NCBI GenBank assembly: GCA_951406725.2
Contig: OX597835.1
Location: forward strand, 13,206,001-13,270,000
Reading direction: 5' to 3'
DNA from: Octopus vulgaris
Lineage: Eukaryota
DNA: 64,000 nucleotides
Shown here: positions 13,580 through 27,299 of the stretch, one piece after another
Position numbering within the stretch: position 1 is the stretch's first letter
How the letters are laid out: each line of letters begins with the position of its first letter
Position numbers and translations under genes: made by a program
Notes under the pieces: model-generated
Told to the model about the DNA's origin: nothing
Database searches by the model: none
Seen by the model: only the letters and a program-made list of their open reading frames with translations

Positions 13580-14115
13580 ACAAATAGATGCACTTAATCA
13601 AGATCCACATTAAATACATTATTTTATATTTGTAATTAAATCATTAACAAAGATTTCTGTACGAGGTGGGTTTGTTGTTTTAAAGCGATTTTACAAATAA
13701 CAGCAAAATCTTATAGCAGTAGTCCATCATCATCACAACTATCATCGTCATCACCACCACCACCACCACCAACATCATCATCGTTGTCGGTGTTTTAACA
13801 TCTACTTTTCAATGCTTTCATGGATCAGACGAAAATTCACTGAGGTAGATTTTTTGTATTTTTTTTGGTTTTTTACATCTCGATGCTCTTCCTGTCACCA
13901 ACCATCACCTGTTTCCATCCGAGTAAGGTTAACATTTCCTCTTGGCTGGATGGACATGCTTTCACAGATGACTGGAAACGATGGACATCGTTTGTAATGA
14001 CGGTGCTGCTTGCTTACAACTATCATATACTGTCAAGTCAAAACACACACATATACACACACACCTACATGCACATACTACACACTCGTATACAATATAT
14101 ATATATATATATATA

Positions 14116-14432
14116 AAATTGAATAAGGGTAGAAATTGATATTAATCAATTAAAACCAGTGGCCTAGCATATTAAAAAAATCCGAAGATTAAAATATTTT
14201 TTACATACAAAATTTAAAGGACTTAGTGGTGCCCCAGCATGGCCACGGCCTTCGGGCTAAAACATTTTTAAGGATTTAAGGACTGACCACTAAAAGTGGA
14301 CGGTCAATATGCTAGATATAGACGTCAAAATCGCTATTTTCCACGAACACTTTCTTCGTGGAAAATAGCGATTTTGATGTCTATATCTAGCATATTGACC
14401 GTCCACTTTTAGTGGTCAGTCCTTTAAATTTT
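14116..14432. mobile_element. (TA)n-flanked relic ending in a palindrome with ~70-bp arms (14278-14424); Penelope-like by inference
   Basis: aaggactgacc...ttttccacgaa / cactttc loop / ttcgtggaaaa...ggtcagtcctt; an orphan LINE/SINE tail is inserted at ~14225-14280. Confidence 0.55.
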
Positions 14433-14454
14433 ATATATATATATATCTTTCTTT

Positions 14455-14862
14455 TTTCTCTCTTTTACTTGTTTCAGTCATATGACTGCGGCCATGCTGG
14501 AGCAGCGCCTTTAATCAAGCAACTCGACCCCGGGACTTATTCTTTTTGTAAGCCCAGTACTTATTCTATCGGTCTCTTTTGCCGAACTGCTAAGTAACGG
14601 GGACATAAACACACCAGCATTGGTTGTCAAGCAATGCTAGGGGTACAAACATAGACACACAGACACACACACGCGTATATATATATATAAATACATATAT
14701 ACAACGGGCTTCTTTCAGTTTCCGTCTACCAAATCCACTCACAAGGCTTTAGTCGGCCCGAGGCTTTAGTAGAAGACACTTGCCCAAGGTGCCATGCAGT
14801 GGGACTGAACCCGGAACCATGTGGTTGGTAAGCAAGCTACTTACCACACAGCCACTCCTGCC
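14455..14862 (-). mobile_element. SINE family A, full length
   Basis: Matches the other family A copies. Confidence 0.92.
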
Positions 14863-15304
14863 ACTTCTTAAAGTATTAGTAAAGAAAGGGAGAAAAAAAA
14901 TCATTCTACGAATTTCCTCCAGGGTGTAATTATTTCTATCTTTAATGAAATGTCTGATTTTGTAAAATATTTAATTAAGAAGTCACAGCTTATGTCATGC
15001 TGAGAATTTCTAAAAATCCTCGGCAGGGAGTCTACTGGGCTACTGGGCTTCCTATATTGTACCCCAGTGTCACTTTGATGGCATGCACTGCTCTCTCACT
15101 CAATAATAATGATAATGAATGGCAAGTCAATATATACTGTGTGTTGGTTTATTCTTTAAAGACACGAAATAACTATGCAAGGAAAATATGGTTGCTCTTT
15201 CTAGCAGACTAAGATACCACGTAGAGGCTCCCATTGTAGGAAAGTTTTCCATAGCAATGACCATAGCTTTTATTAGCTGTCTATGAATTCACTTGTCCTT
15301 TCAT

Positions 15305-15369
<65 letters not shown>

Positions 15370-15419
15370 AAGTGTATATATATATGCACTTTTTGTTTTG
15401 TAGTGCACACAGGTTTGTC

Positions 15420-15600
15420 TCTAGGGAAAGAGAAAGGTATTGAGAATGCCATGCTATTTGGAATAATGGTTGGAATGGTAGCAACAGATGAGGTTTGCAA
15501 AGAATGAAGAAAATGGTTGGAAGATGCAAAAGATAACCCAGCTTTTAATATGGAACAACGGCAGCAGAGAAACGCTATTGGAGATTTACAGTTGACCTGA
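15420..15600 (+). mobile_element. Highly decayed RTE-like ORF2 C-terminal remnant
   Basis: KEKGIENAMLFG...KWLEDAK...YWR pieces across frameshifts resemble the RTE LEKxxMLG...RWLD...WR pattern. Confidence 0.4.
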
Positions 15601-15621
15601 AGCTGCATTTCGATTTGATAT

Positions 15622-16752
<1,131 letters not shown>

Positions 16753-16961
16753 TTAGGTTATTAAAACAGATGATGTTGTGGGTCTGTGGACATTGCAGTA
16801 AACAATACTAGAAACAGCAGCAGCAGCAGCAGCAGCAGTTCTATCTGGAGACATTGATAAGACAAAGAATACTTATGGTAGTTAATTATGAAGGTGGTGG
16901 TAGTGGAGAGTGGGGAGGAGGAGTTGAGTGAAGGTCGAGTCAAGTGGTGTTGGCTGGAATG

Positions 16962-17395
16962 AGGTGGAGCTGGAGTGGAGATGGGATGGAATAGAGTTGG
17001 AGTGGAGCTGGAGTGGGGATGAGACAGAATGGAGTTGAGCTGCAGTGGAACTGGAGTGCAGACGGGATGGAGTGGAGCTGGAGTGGAACTGGAGTGCAGA
17101 CAGGATGGAGTGGAGCTGGAGTGGAAATGAGATGGGATGGAGTTGAGCTGGAGTAGAGATGAGATGGAATGGAACTGGGATAAAGTGGAGTTCGAGTGGA
17201 GCTGGAGTGGAACTGGAGTTCAGACAGGATGGAGTGGAGCTGGAGTGAAGCTTTAGTGGAGATTACAAATAGATGCACTTAATCAAGATCCACATTAAAT
17301 ACGTTATTTTATATTCGTAATTAAATCAATAACAAAGATTTCTTTACGAGGTGGGTTTGTTGTTTCAAAGCGATTTTACAAATAATAGCAAAATA
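16962..17395. repeat. Second, shorter copy of the GGAGT satellite plus ~130-bp shared 3' flank
   Basis: ttacaaatagatgcacttaatcaagatccacattaaatac...gcaaaat occurs at ~13578-13709 and ~17263-17394. Confidence 0.92.
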
Positions 17396-17507
17396 TTTGG
17401 TGTAGAACTCAATAATTAAAATCGATTCAAATTTAATTAAAAAATTAGTTTTGACTAATGAGGGAGGACTCAATACCGGATGATTCAGATTTATAGAATA
17501 TACATAA

Positions 17508-17840
17508 GGTGCGTGGTTCAGTGGTTAGAGCATCAGTCTTACAGTCATGACGTAGTGAGTTCAATTCCTGGATTGAGCTGTGTGCTGTCTTCTTGAGCAA
17601 AACGTTCTATTTTTTCATGTTGCTCCACTTCACTCAGCTATAGAAATGGGTTGTGACATCACTGGTGCCAAGCTATATCGGCCCCTTTGCCTTTCCCTTG
17701 AACAACATCATTGGAGTGGAGAGGAGCAGCTGGTATGCTGGGGCAACTGCTGGTCTTCCATAAAACAACCTTGCCTGGACTTGTGCCTCGGAGGGGAACT
17801 TTCTAGGTGTAATCCCAAGGTCATTCCTGACCAAAGGGTG
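17508..17840 (+). mobile_element. SINE family D head with tail 2
   Basis: tRNA-like head and CORE-like segment; tail gacatcactggtgccaagct... is repeated at 18445-18662. Confidence 0.75.
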
Positions 17841-17872
17841 TTCTTCTTCTATTCATCTGTATTTATTTATTT

Positions 17873-18254
17873 GGAGGCGCAATGGCCCAGTGGTTAGGGC
17901 AGTGGACTTGCGGTCATAGGATCACGGTTTCGATTCCCAGACCAGGCGTTGTGAGTGTTTATTGAGCGAAAACACCTAAAGTTCCACAAAACTCCGGCAG
18001 GGGATGGTGGTGATCCCTGCTGTACTCTTTCACCACAACTTTCTCTCACTCTTACTTCCTGTTTCTGTTGTACCTGTATTTCAAAGGGCCGGCCTTGTCA
18101 CTCTCTGTGTCAAGCTGAATATCCCCGAGAACTACGTTAAGGGTACACGTGTCTGTGGAGTGCTCAGCCACTTACACGTTAATTTCACGAGCAGGCTGTT
18201 CCGTTGATTCGGATCAACCGGAACCCTCGTCGTCGTAACCGACGGAGTGCTTCC
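17873..18254 (+). mobile_element. SINE family C with tail 1 (possibly octopus OR-type)
   Basis: ggaggcgcaatggcccagtggttagggc...ggtttcgattccc A/B boxes; near-identical to 43321-43700. Confidence 0.88.
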
Positions 18255-18675
18255 CCATATTTATTTATTTATGGTACTACTTTGGGCAAGTATCTCCTAC
18301 AATAGTCCTGGGCCATCCAAAGCCTCGTAAGTCGATTTGGTAGAGAGAAACTGAAAGAAGCCTATCGCATATGCACACACACGCACGTGCACATTAAGGT
18401 AATATATCTATGAGGTGTGTGACTTTGTGTTGTGTTTGTCTCTCAGGTGTAAAAAATGAGTTGCGACATCACTGGTGCCAAGCTGTATCGGCCCCTTTTG
18501 CCTTTCCCTTGGATAACACTGGTGGTGTGGAGAGGGGAGGCTGGTATGCATGGACAGCTGCTGGTCTGCCATGAAAACAACTTTGCCTGGACTTGTGCTT
18601 TGGAAGGGAACTTTCTAGGTGCGATCCCGTGGTCATTCATGACCGAATGGGGTCTTTACCTTTTAATGAAAATAA

Positions 18676-19068
18676 CTCTTTACTCTCTTTTACTTGTTTC
18701 AGTCATTTGACTGCGGCCATGCTGGAGCACTGCCTTTTAGTCGAGCAAATCGACCCCGGGACTTATTCTTTGTAAGCCCAGTACTTATTCTATCGGTCTC
18801 TTTTGCCAAACCGCTAAGTAACAGGGACGTAAATACACCAGCATCGGTTGTCAAGCAATGCTAGAGGGACAAACACAGACACACGAACATATATACATAT
18901 ATACGACAGGCTTCTTTCAGTTTCCATCTACCAAATCCACTCACAAGGCTTTGGTCGGCCCGAGGCTATAGCAGAAGACACTTGCCCAAGATGCCACACA
19001 GTGGGACTGAACCCGGAACCATGTGGTTGGTTAGCAAGCTACTTACCACACAGCCACTCCTGCGTCTA
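18676..19068 (-). mobile_element. SINE family A, full length
   Basis: Matches the other family A copies. Confidence 0.92.
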
Positions 19069-19509
19069 TAAGGGGATTTAGTATTAAAAATAAGGGTCAA
19101 ACTTATGAAGTTCCTTTTGAGTTGGATTTGAGGTTTTACCTAACAGCTTAACCCTTAGCACACTGTAAGTGCATCATGTCTATGTATGAGTTGTCTCCCC
19201 TGCCACCGCAGGGGAAACAATTCTAGAGAAAATTTAGTGTCCTAATGGTTATTCCAGCCAATCTAATTGAATAAACTTTTAGATGAAATTTCAAAGTCCC
19301 AGTCGAAACCCTCTTTTATTATCACTGAGATATATGTATTGTGTGGCATAAGACATGAGAAGCAGCTGTTCTGTTTGTCTGAGATAAGATTTGTCAGGTT
19401 TTTGTTAAAATATATTCTAATATTTGTCTTCTTTTCCGTTTTCTGAGTTACATCTTTGCATCGAAGACTGTCACCAGATCAGATGAGTTTCCTGGGAAGG
19501 CACAGAATA

Positions 19510-20070
19510 TTTTTCTCTCTGTCTGTCTGTCTGTCTGTCTCTCTGTTCTCTCCCCACCTCTTTCTCTTTTCTCTCTTTCTCTTTTCTCTCTTTCTCTCTG
19601 TGTCTTTCATTGTCTGTCTCTCTGTCTTTCTTTTTCTCTCTGTCTGTCAGTCTGTCTCTCTCTCTGTTCTGTGTGTGTCTCTCTCTCCCCACCCTCTCTC
19701 TATCCCCACCTCCCTATCTCTCCACCTCTTTCTCTCTTTTCTCTCCTTCTTCCTGTGTCTTTCATTGTCTGTCTCTCTGTCTTTCATTTTCTGTCTGTCT
19801 GCCTGTCTCTCTCTCTCTGTCTTTTTCTCTCTCTTTCTCCCCTTCTCTCTTTTTTCTTTCACTCTGTATCTTTTTCCTCTTTGTCTTTCTTTCTCTCCCT
19901 TTTCTCTCTCTCTCTCTCTCTTTCTCTTTGCCTTCTTTCTATTTCTTTCTCCCTCTGTCTGTCTGTCTCTCTCCCTGTCTCACTCATTGTCTATCTCTCT
20001 CCCCACTCTATCCCTCCCCCTCTGTATCATTGTCTCTCTCTCTCTCTTTTAGCTCTTCCCCCCCCCCCGC
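19510..20070. repeat. (CT)n/(CTGT)n pyrimidine-rich low-complexity tract
   Basis: Direct inspection. Confidence 0.9.
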
Positions 20071-20228
20071 CATCATGTCACTGGTGCCGATACAGTTTTA
20101 GTTCCATTCTCCTTTTCATTTATCTCTGACAGTTTTCTATGGATTCCGACTCCATAGAGATGTTTTGATGGAGTAAAATAGGTCGAAACTATTTAACTAT
20201 CACTCATGCATCATCATCTTAATCTTAG

Positions 20229-20645
20229 CTACCACCACCACCACCACCACCACCACTAATACTATAACTACAACTACTGACTACTACAACTACTACCACC
20301 ACCACCACCACCACCACTAATACTATAACTACAACTACTGACTACTACAACTACTACCACCACCACCACCACCACCACCACCACTAATACTATAACTACA
20401 ACTACTGACTACTGCAACTACTACCACCACCACCACCACCACCACTAATACTATAACTACAACTACTGACTACTACAACTACTACCACCACCACCACCAC
20501 CACCACTAATACTATAACTACAACTACTGACTACTACAACTACTACCACCACCACCACCACCACCACTAATACTATAACTACAACTACTGACTACTACAA
20601 CTACTACCACCATCACCACTACCACCACCACCACCACCACTACTA
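20229..20645. repeat. ~60-66 bp minisatellite, about 6.5 copies
   Basis: Unit (cac)n-taatactataactacaactactgactactacaactac with variable (cac)n. Confidence 0.95.
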
Positions 20646-20999
20646 GCTGTCAGTTGTAGACTGGGAATTTTGTTGTTAGATATAAGATGAAGACATTTTT
20701 CAGAATTATAAATGAATTTTAAAATCTCGTCAGAAAAATATCAAGGTTAGTATCAAGGGTTAAAGGTTCAAATCGTAGTATAGACGTTGACATTGTCGCT
20801 ATGGATATCATCGTCATTGTATTTTATGGCTGCTTTTTCAAAATGATATCGGGGGGGGGAGGGGTTATGAAACCCAAGAAATCATCATCATCATCATCAG
20901 CATCATCTTCATTGCCATCATTGTTGTAATGTCTACTTTTCCAGGCTTGCACGGCTCATCAAATAGTTTTGTTTACATTGAAGTAGATTACATATATAC

Positions 21000-22065
21000 C
21001 CTTTTACTCTTTTCAGCCATGCCTCTGCAGTCCCACTGGACACCACTGTGGTCTTTCCTCAATCTGGGGTGTTTCACATCACCACTCCTGTGTGTGCCTT
21101 TGCCCCAGCTATTGATCCATAAGGGAGTTTGATTCCACTGCCCTCATCTGTATTTCATGTCGGGGCTGTTGGTTCATCCTGTATTGTGGAGGGAAAGATG
21201 TCTAGGTCCCTTTTGAAGACATCTACTTCCACCTTATGCAAATTTCTTAATTTTTATGGCAGGGCATTGAAGAGCTGTGGGCCTTTGAACCCTAGGCTAT
21301 TGCAGTACCGGGTCCTGAATTTAGATAGAGTGGGTGGGGTACCTTCGGTGTAATACAATGAAAGCTAGTTCTGGCATTTGCATAACACTCAATGTCGAAA
21401 TCAGGCCCTTCTAGCGTTTTCTATTCTTTTATTCTTTTCTTTTACTTGTTTCAGTCATTTGACTGCGGCCATGCTGGAGCACCGCCTTTAGTCGAGCAAA
21501 TCGACCCCGGGACTTATTCTTTGTAAGCCCAGTACTTATTCTATCGGTCTCTTTTTGCCGAACTGCTAAGTGACGGGGACGTAAACATACCAGCATCGGT
21601 TGTCAAGTAATGCTAGGGGGACAAACACAGACACACAAACACACACAAAGACACTTGCCCAAGATGCCACGCAGTGGGACTGAACCCGGAACCATGTGGT
21701 TGGTTAGCAAGCTACTTACCACACAGCCACTCCTGCGCCTATATGTAGATTATTACATATCTGTTGCACCTTTGCTCCAGGGAGTAAGGTTGCAGTTTTC
21801 TCAGCCTCTCCCTGTGGCTCATCTGCTGCACTGTTTCAATCTTTTTAGTGTAGTGGCATTGGACTGCTTCAAGCTCCGCTGTTAGTTTGGCACTATGTGG
21901 TGACCATAACTGGGAGCAGCTGTTCGGGCGTCTGAGAACAAAGGTTCTCCGCAGGGTCAACATAGTTTCTTAGTCTCTTGACTTGAAAGACCTCAATATC
22001 CGTCCTGCCAGTTGTCTACACTGCTACCATCTTGGTAATGTGCATATGAAATGATGCGTCATTGC
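21000..22065 (-). mobile_element. Decayed CR1-group LINE 3' portion, interrupted by a family A SINE
   Basis: ORF 21739-21963 (CSQLWSP...LEAVQ..YTKKI...RLRKL..YSLEQR..RY.IIY) matches the post-RT region of CR1-group ORF2; continues in 21100-21420 (GPQLFNALP). Confidence 0.8.
21421..21741 (-). mobile_element. SINE family A with internal deletion
   Basis: Both ends are present; the ~90-bp middle block is missing. Confidence 0.88.
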
Positions 22066-22094
22066 ACAAACTAATCCATTTATATATATATTAA

Positions 22095-22379
22095 CTAGCA
22101 GTATCGCCCGGCGTTGCTCGGGTTTGTAAGGGAAATAACTATATAAGCATTTTTATAGAGTTACTTCCCTTATATAAACCGAGCAGAAAAATGATGGTAA
22201 ATTTTTTCTTAAATCGTAGACTCATTGTAGACGCTCACTAATACCTAGAAGGGCTCGATATGAATCGCGACTATAAGATACCCGCTTTTGGTTAAACTGC
22301 ACCGCAAAATGTGGGAGTAGTTAGGAATCTAAATCGGAGTAGACAGACACACACACAACTTCATTTTTATATATAAAGA
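22095..22379 (-). mobile_element. Non-autonomous Helitron
   Basis: On the minus strand: A|TC start, subterminal hairpin cccgagcaacgccggg, CTAG|T end; 3' end shared with 44794-45173. Confidence 0.8.
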
Positions 22380-22584
22380 TTATTAGTGATGGAAACCATA
22401 TTAGTAACAAATGATAATCTTTATAACCATCGTAACATGGATTTCTTGTTGGAATTAGAATCATCTGCTACAATTTATGTCTGTGCTCTTATGCACCACG
22501 GGCCTATATGAGGAGAATTCTGAAGGCAGTATTTGGCATTCTAACAAGACATCCACACATTAAGTTGGATATATATGTGTGTGG

Positions 22585-22898
22585 AGAGGCGTAATGGCCC
22601 AGTGGTTATGGCAGCGGACTCGCGGTCGGAGGGTCGCGGTTTTGATTCCCCGACCAAGCGTTGTGAGTGTTTATTGAGCGAAAACACCTAAAGCTCCACG
22701 AGGCTCCAGCAGGGGGTGGTGGCGATCCCTGCTGTACTCTTTCGCCACAACTTTCTCTTACTCTTTCTTCTGTTGACCTGCTCACTTAGCCAGTGGGGTG
22801 GCGTCATTTGAAGGTGCTAAAACAATGCAAAGCGCATTGTGACCAGCGATGTGTAGCAACATCTGATAGCCTGGTCGGTCACAGTGATCACGGTGATC
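22585..22898 (+). mobile_element. SINE family C head with a different tail
   Basis: Same first ~190 bp as 17873; tail gcgcattgtgaccagcgatgtg...ggtcggtcac also occurs alone at 2985-3097. Confidence 0.85.
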
Positions 22899-23187
22899 AT
22901 CATCATCATCATCATCATTTAGCGTCCGTTTTCCATGCTAGCATGGGTTGGACGGTTTAACTGGGGTCTGTGAAGCCGGAAGGCTTCATCAGGCCCAGTC
23001 AGATTTGGCAGTGTTTCTACGGCTGGATGCCCTTCCTAACGCCAACCACTCCGCGAGTGTAGTGGGTGTTTTTTACGTGCCACCTGCACAGGTGCCAGAC
23101 AGAGCTGGCACAACGGCCACGAACGGATGGTGCTTTTACGTGTCACCGGCACGGGGCCAGCCGAGGCTGGCAACGAACACGAGCGGA
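22899..23187 (-). mobile_element. RTE family E 3' UTR copy with ~30-bp TSD
   Basis: (cat)n tail; agcctggtc.gtcacagtgatcacggtgat at 22868-22898 and 23188-23218. Confidence 0.85.
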
Positions 23188-23235
23188 AGCCTGGTCAGTC
23201 ACAGTGATCACGGTGATATATATATATATATATAT

Positions 23236-23236
<1 letters not shown>

Positions 23237-23271
<35 letters not shown>

Positions 23272-23585
23272 GTTTAACGTCCATTCTCCATGCTAGCATA
23301 GGTTGGACGGTTCGACTGGGGTCTGGGAGGCCAAAAGGCTGCACCAGGCTCCAGTCTTATCTGGCAATGTTTCTACAGCTGGATGCCCTTCCTAACGCCA
23401 ACCACTCCGTGAGTGTAGCGGGTGCTTTTTACGTGCCACCTGCACAGGTGCCAGGCGAGGCTGGCAAACGGCCACGAACGGAAGGTGCTTTTTATGTGCC
23501 ACCGGCACGGGGGTCAGGCGAGGCTGGCAACGGACCGGAGGCCAGGCTAGGCTGGCAACGGACCGGTGGCCAGGCGAGGCTGGCA

Positions 23586-23586
<1 letters not shown>
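23237..23586 (-). mobile_element. RTE family E 3' UTR copy
   Basis: (cat)n-cgtttaacgtcc...ctggatgcccttcctaacgcc plus internal repeats. Confidence 0.85.
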
Positions 23587-23631
<45 letters not shown>

Positions 23632-23921
23632 GACTGTCAAATTAAGCTGAGAACATACTATCCCTTTATCGTGCTGCTACTGCATAAATCTCTCTCAGAG
23701 ATTTAGAAATGTATTATTCCTATTTTCAAAGAATGTTTTGTTCTCTGTTCTCTGTGAAGTTTCACAGGAAACCAAAACTGAAGAATCATCAATATTTTAT
23801 AAAAGCTCTCACAGAAAAAAAAACTACAACCAAAGAAAAACACACACAAAAAAAAAAAATCTCCCACCCACCAAAAAAAAAAAAAAAAAGTAATAAAGGA
23901 CCACTGTTTAATTTTTATAGT

Positions 23922-23952
<31 letters not shown>

Positions 23953-24449
23953 CTCCCATTTCCAAAAGTTCATCTTTTACAAAATATTCCTTTCTCCTTC
24001 TGGACCGAACGAACGTGTGACATTTTTCCTCCATGATTCTTTACAGAAATTACTGGACCTAAAACTTTGATGATAAGAAAGAAAAAAAAAAACCCCCAAT
24101 TTTCTATATTTTTTTTTGGGAGTTTCATTTTATTTTATTTTATTTTTGCTTTGTTTTGCTGCATCATAAATATCCTATTTATGTCGTATTATAAGGAGAA
24201 GCGAGTAAAATATAAACACAACAAAAAAAAAACGGTACGATGTGCTTTAATGAGCTTCACTGTCCATAATAGTTTGTCTACAACAAATCAATAATATTGA
24301 CAATTCTACATCTGTCCCCTTAGCTCTATCGGGTTTCATGGCTTTACCCAGTGCTGAATTTTTTATTAGTTCCTTTAACTCTTTTTATCTCTGTGGAACT
24401 TCTTCTATCCTCTCTCTTCCTTTCATCTCTCTTGCTCCTGTACCTTCGT

Positions 24450-24602
24450 CTATAGATCTACCAACCTACCTACCTACCTACCTACCTACCTACCTACCTA
24501 CCTACCTACCTATTTATCTATCTATCTAACTATCTATCTATCTATCTATTTATCTATCTATATATCTATCTATCTATATATATATATCTGTCTATCTATC
24601 TA

Positions 24603-24637
<35 letters not shown>

Positions 24638-24740
24638 GCCTATCTATCTAGCTACCTATCTATCTATTTCTTTCTATCTATCTATCTATTTCTTTTATCT
24701 ATCTATCTATTTCTTTCTATCTCTTTGTATTTCTTTCTAT

Positions 24741-24798
<58 letters not shown>

Positions 24799-25222
24799 CT
24801 TTCTATCTATCTATTTATATCTCTCTATGTCTTACTTTCTATCTATCTACCTGTCTGTCTGTCTGTCTGCCTGCCTGCCTGTCTATCTAACCAGCTGACT
24901 ATGTATCTTTCTGTCTGCCTGTTATTTGTCTGTCTCTCATATCTGTCTGTCTGTCTGATTGCTTGTCTGTTTGTCTTCTATTCCCCCATCTGTAGCTATC
25001 CATCTACCCACCTATCTGTTTAGCTCAGTAGGTGTCTATACATCTCTGTGTCTGTATCTATATATATCTGCCTTCATATGCAGATATGCATATACGTCTG
25101 TTATATATTTAATCATGTATGTATGTATATATGTATGTATCTGTCTATCTCTCTCTCTCTCTCTCTCTCTCTGTTTCTCTATCTCTAATCCCTGTATCTT
25201 CCTACCTATCTACCTACATCTG

Positions 25223-25266
<44 letters not shown>

Positions 25267-25271
25267 TACAT

Positions 25272-25323
<52 letters not shown>

Positions 25324-25353
25324 CGTATATATATATATGTATATACATTAATA

Positions 25354-25395
<42 letters not shown>

Positions 25396-25543
25396 CATAC
25401 ACACATATATATATATATTTATGTATATATTTACATACATATATATATATATGTATATATATATATTTATGTATATATTTACATACACATATATATATAT
25501 ATATATACACACACATATATGGTTTTGTCTCTAATTTAATATA

Positions 25544-25575
<32 letters not shown>

Positions 25576-25635
25576 GTGTGTGTGTATGTATCTACCTCCT
25601 CACCTCTCTCTCTCTCTCTCTCTCCCTCTCTCCCC
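24450..25635. repeat. (CCTA)n/(TCTA)n/(TCTG)n/(TA)n compound microsatellites
   Basis: Direct inspection. Confidence 0.92.
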
Positions 25636-26092
25636 ATTTCTTCACGTACAGCAGGGAAACCTGAAATGATGTTAGAAGCAATGGCAGGCGAAAACAAGAT
25701 TACTGCCTCATTGCGTTGATATTTTAGTTAAGAGTTTGGGAGAGAAATTTTATTATCAATCCATTATGTCATAAATAAAATATTCCCGGTGAAGGTAGAA
25801 AGGTGTGTTGTTTGCCAAATTCAATCAACTGTGAAGCAAAATCCATTTTGACTAATATATGCAGTCTGAAATAAAGGTGGCAGGGAAGGAGAAGACAAAA
25901 TATGGTAAAGCTCTGTTCTCCATATAAAAGATTGACTATTTTCTATCATATTTCCTTGTGTTGCATGTTATCTTGGGTACAATGAGTCTGTTTTGGTTTT
26001 TGTTTGGTCTGTTTATTATTGTTTTGGTGGTGGTGGTGGTGGTGGTGGTGTGTGTGTGTCCATTGCTGTCCTACTTGGCATCAAACTGTGGA

Positions 26093-26345
26093 AGCATGTG
26101 GCTAAGTGGTTAAGACATTGAACTCATAACTGTAAAAAAAGGTTTGTGGCTTTGGTTCCTAGACTGGGTGAAGCGTTTGTGTCTTTTGAGCGAAAACCAC
26201 TCCGTTTCATGTTGCTCCAGCTTGCTCAGCTAAGCAAAAGTGAGTAACCCTACAGTGGATTGGTGTCCCATCCAGTTGGATAATATGTATGAACCACGGA
26301 AGCTGAGAGACCAGCCCTTTGAGTCTACATAACTCAGGAAAGACC
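26093..26345 (+). mobile_element. SINE family D head with tail 3, degenerate
   Basis: gtggctaagtggttaag head, gttgctccag...ctcagct segment, tail ggattggtgtcccatccag. Confidence 0.6.
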
Positions 26346-26540
26346 CTTCTCTCTCTCTACTTTATCTACCAGACATTCTGGAACCTCAGTGATCTTTGTT
26401 TTTTTCTGATCAGATCTCAAGTCTTCTAGACATGACCTGGTTAGTCTATCCTGCTATGAAACTGTATGTCAACCATTATAACCCTGACTATTCTCTGTCT
26501 TTATTGTGGGACATGCTTTCCAAAGTTTTTTGTTTGATGA

Positions 26541-26602
<62 letters not shown>

Positions 26603-26621
26603 TAACCAAACATATATACAT

Positions 26622-26814
26622 CAGTCACCATGATAGATCGTTAGCCACTACACACATTTTTTTCTCTCCTTGTTTTTTTCTGTGTCCCTTTCTGTAGAAG
26701 AGCTTAGGCTCGAAACGTAAAAGACTTTTTCTATTCCTGAGCATTATACTAATACATCTGTTTGTTTTGTACACCACCTGTCTTCGTCTTTTGTTTTTTT
26801 CGTAAACTCTCCCT
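26622..26814 (+). mobile_element. Penelope-like pLTR relic in (TA)n with a hammerhead-like fold (26684-26725)
   Basis: cttt-CTGTAGA-a-gag..ctc-GAAA-cg-TA-aaag; near-identical reverse copy at 63711-63903. Confidence 0.6.
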
Positions 26815-27060
26815 ATATATATATATATTAGCAGCTAAGCCCAGTTTCACCTGGTTGGTTTGGATGATGTGGCTGTAAAACCTGCTCTGTGTAAGCCTTT
26901 AGCTTGTTTGGGTACACTTATGTTAAAAAACAATTTTAGAATGACATTTTTCTGTCAAAATGCTAAAAATAACTGACCAACAAAAAAGAAACCAACTAAG
27001 ATTAAACCAAATCAAAAAACAAACCCAAATACTAAACAAACAAAGATGAACCATCCCACT

Positions 27061-27283
27061 GACTTGATCACTGACAAAATTCCATGCTGCATTTTGTCAG
27101 TGGACAGGTCATGGTCTCAAAGTGATGGAAATATTTTGGTAAATTAAGTTTAAATGTTGAAGTGAATCTAATCGTTTTTGCATGCTTTTAAATGGCTTAT
27201 AAACATCTTCCACACTGCAATTGTTTTCGTTCCAGCACATGATCTCAGATCAGGTCATTTGCTATGCAAGTACATCTTCGTAA
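27061..27283 (+). mobile_element. Penelope-like relic, same family as 52298-52669, with a short inverted end
   Basis: Shares tttgtcagtg..caggtc..ggtctcaaag and gatctcagatcaggtca.ttgctatgcaagtacatct; abuts (TA)n. Confidence 0.6.
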
Positions 27284-27299
27284 TATATATATATATACT

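Noticed and set aside
12379-13593. 404-aa minus-strand ORF
   Set aside because: It is the translation of the GGAGT satellite; the pyrimidine-rich strand simply lacks stops, and no domain is recognisable.
17873-17945. tRNA gene
   Set aside because: It has A/B boxes but continues into a multi-copy SINE body; it is a SINE head, as are the other tRNA-like segments.
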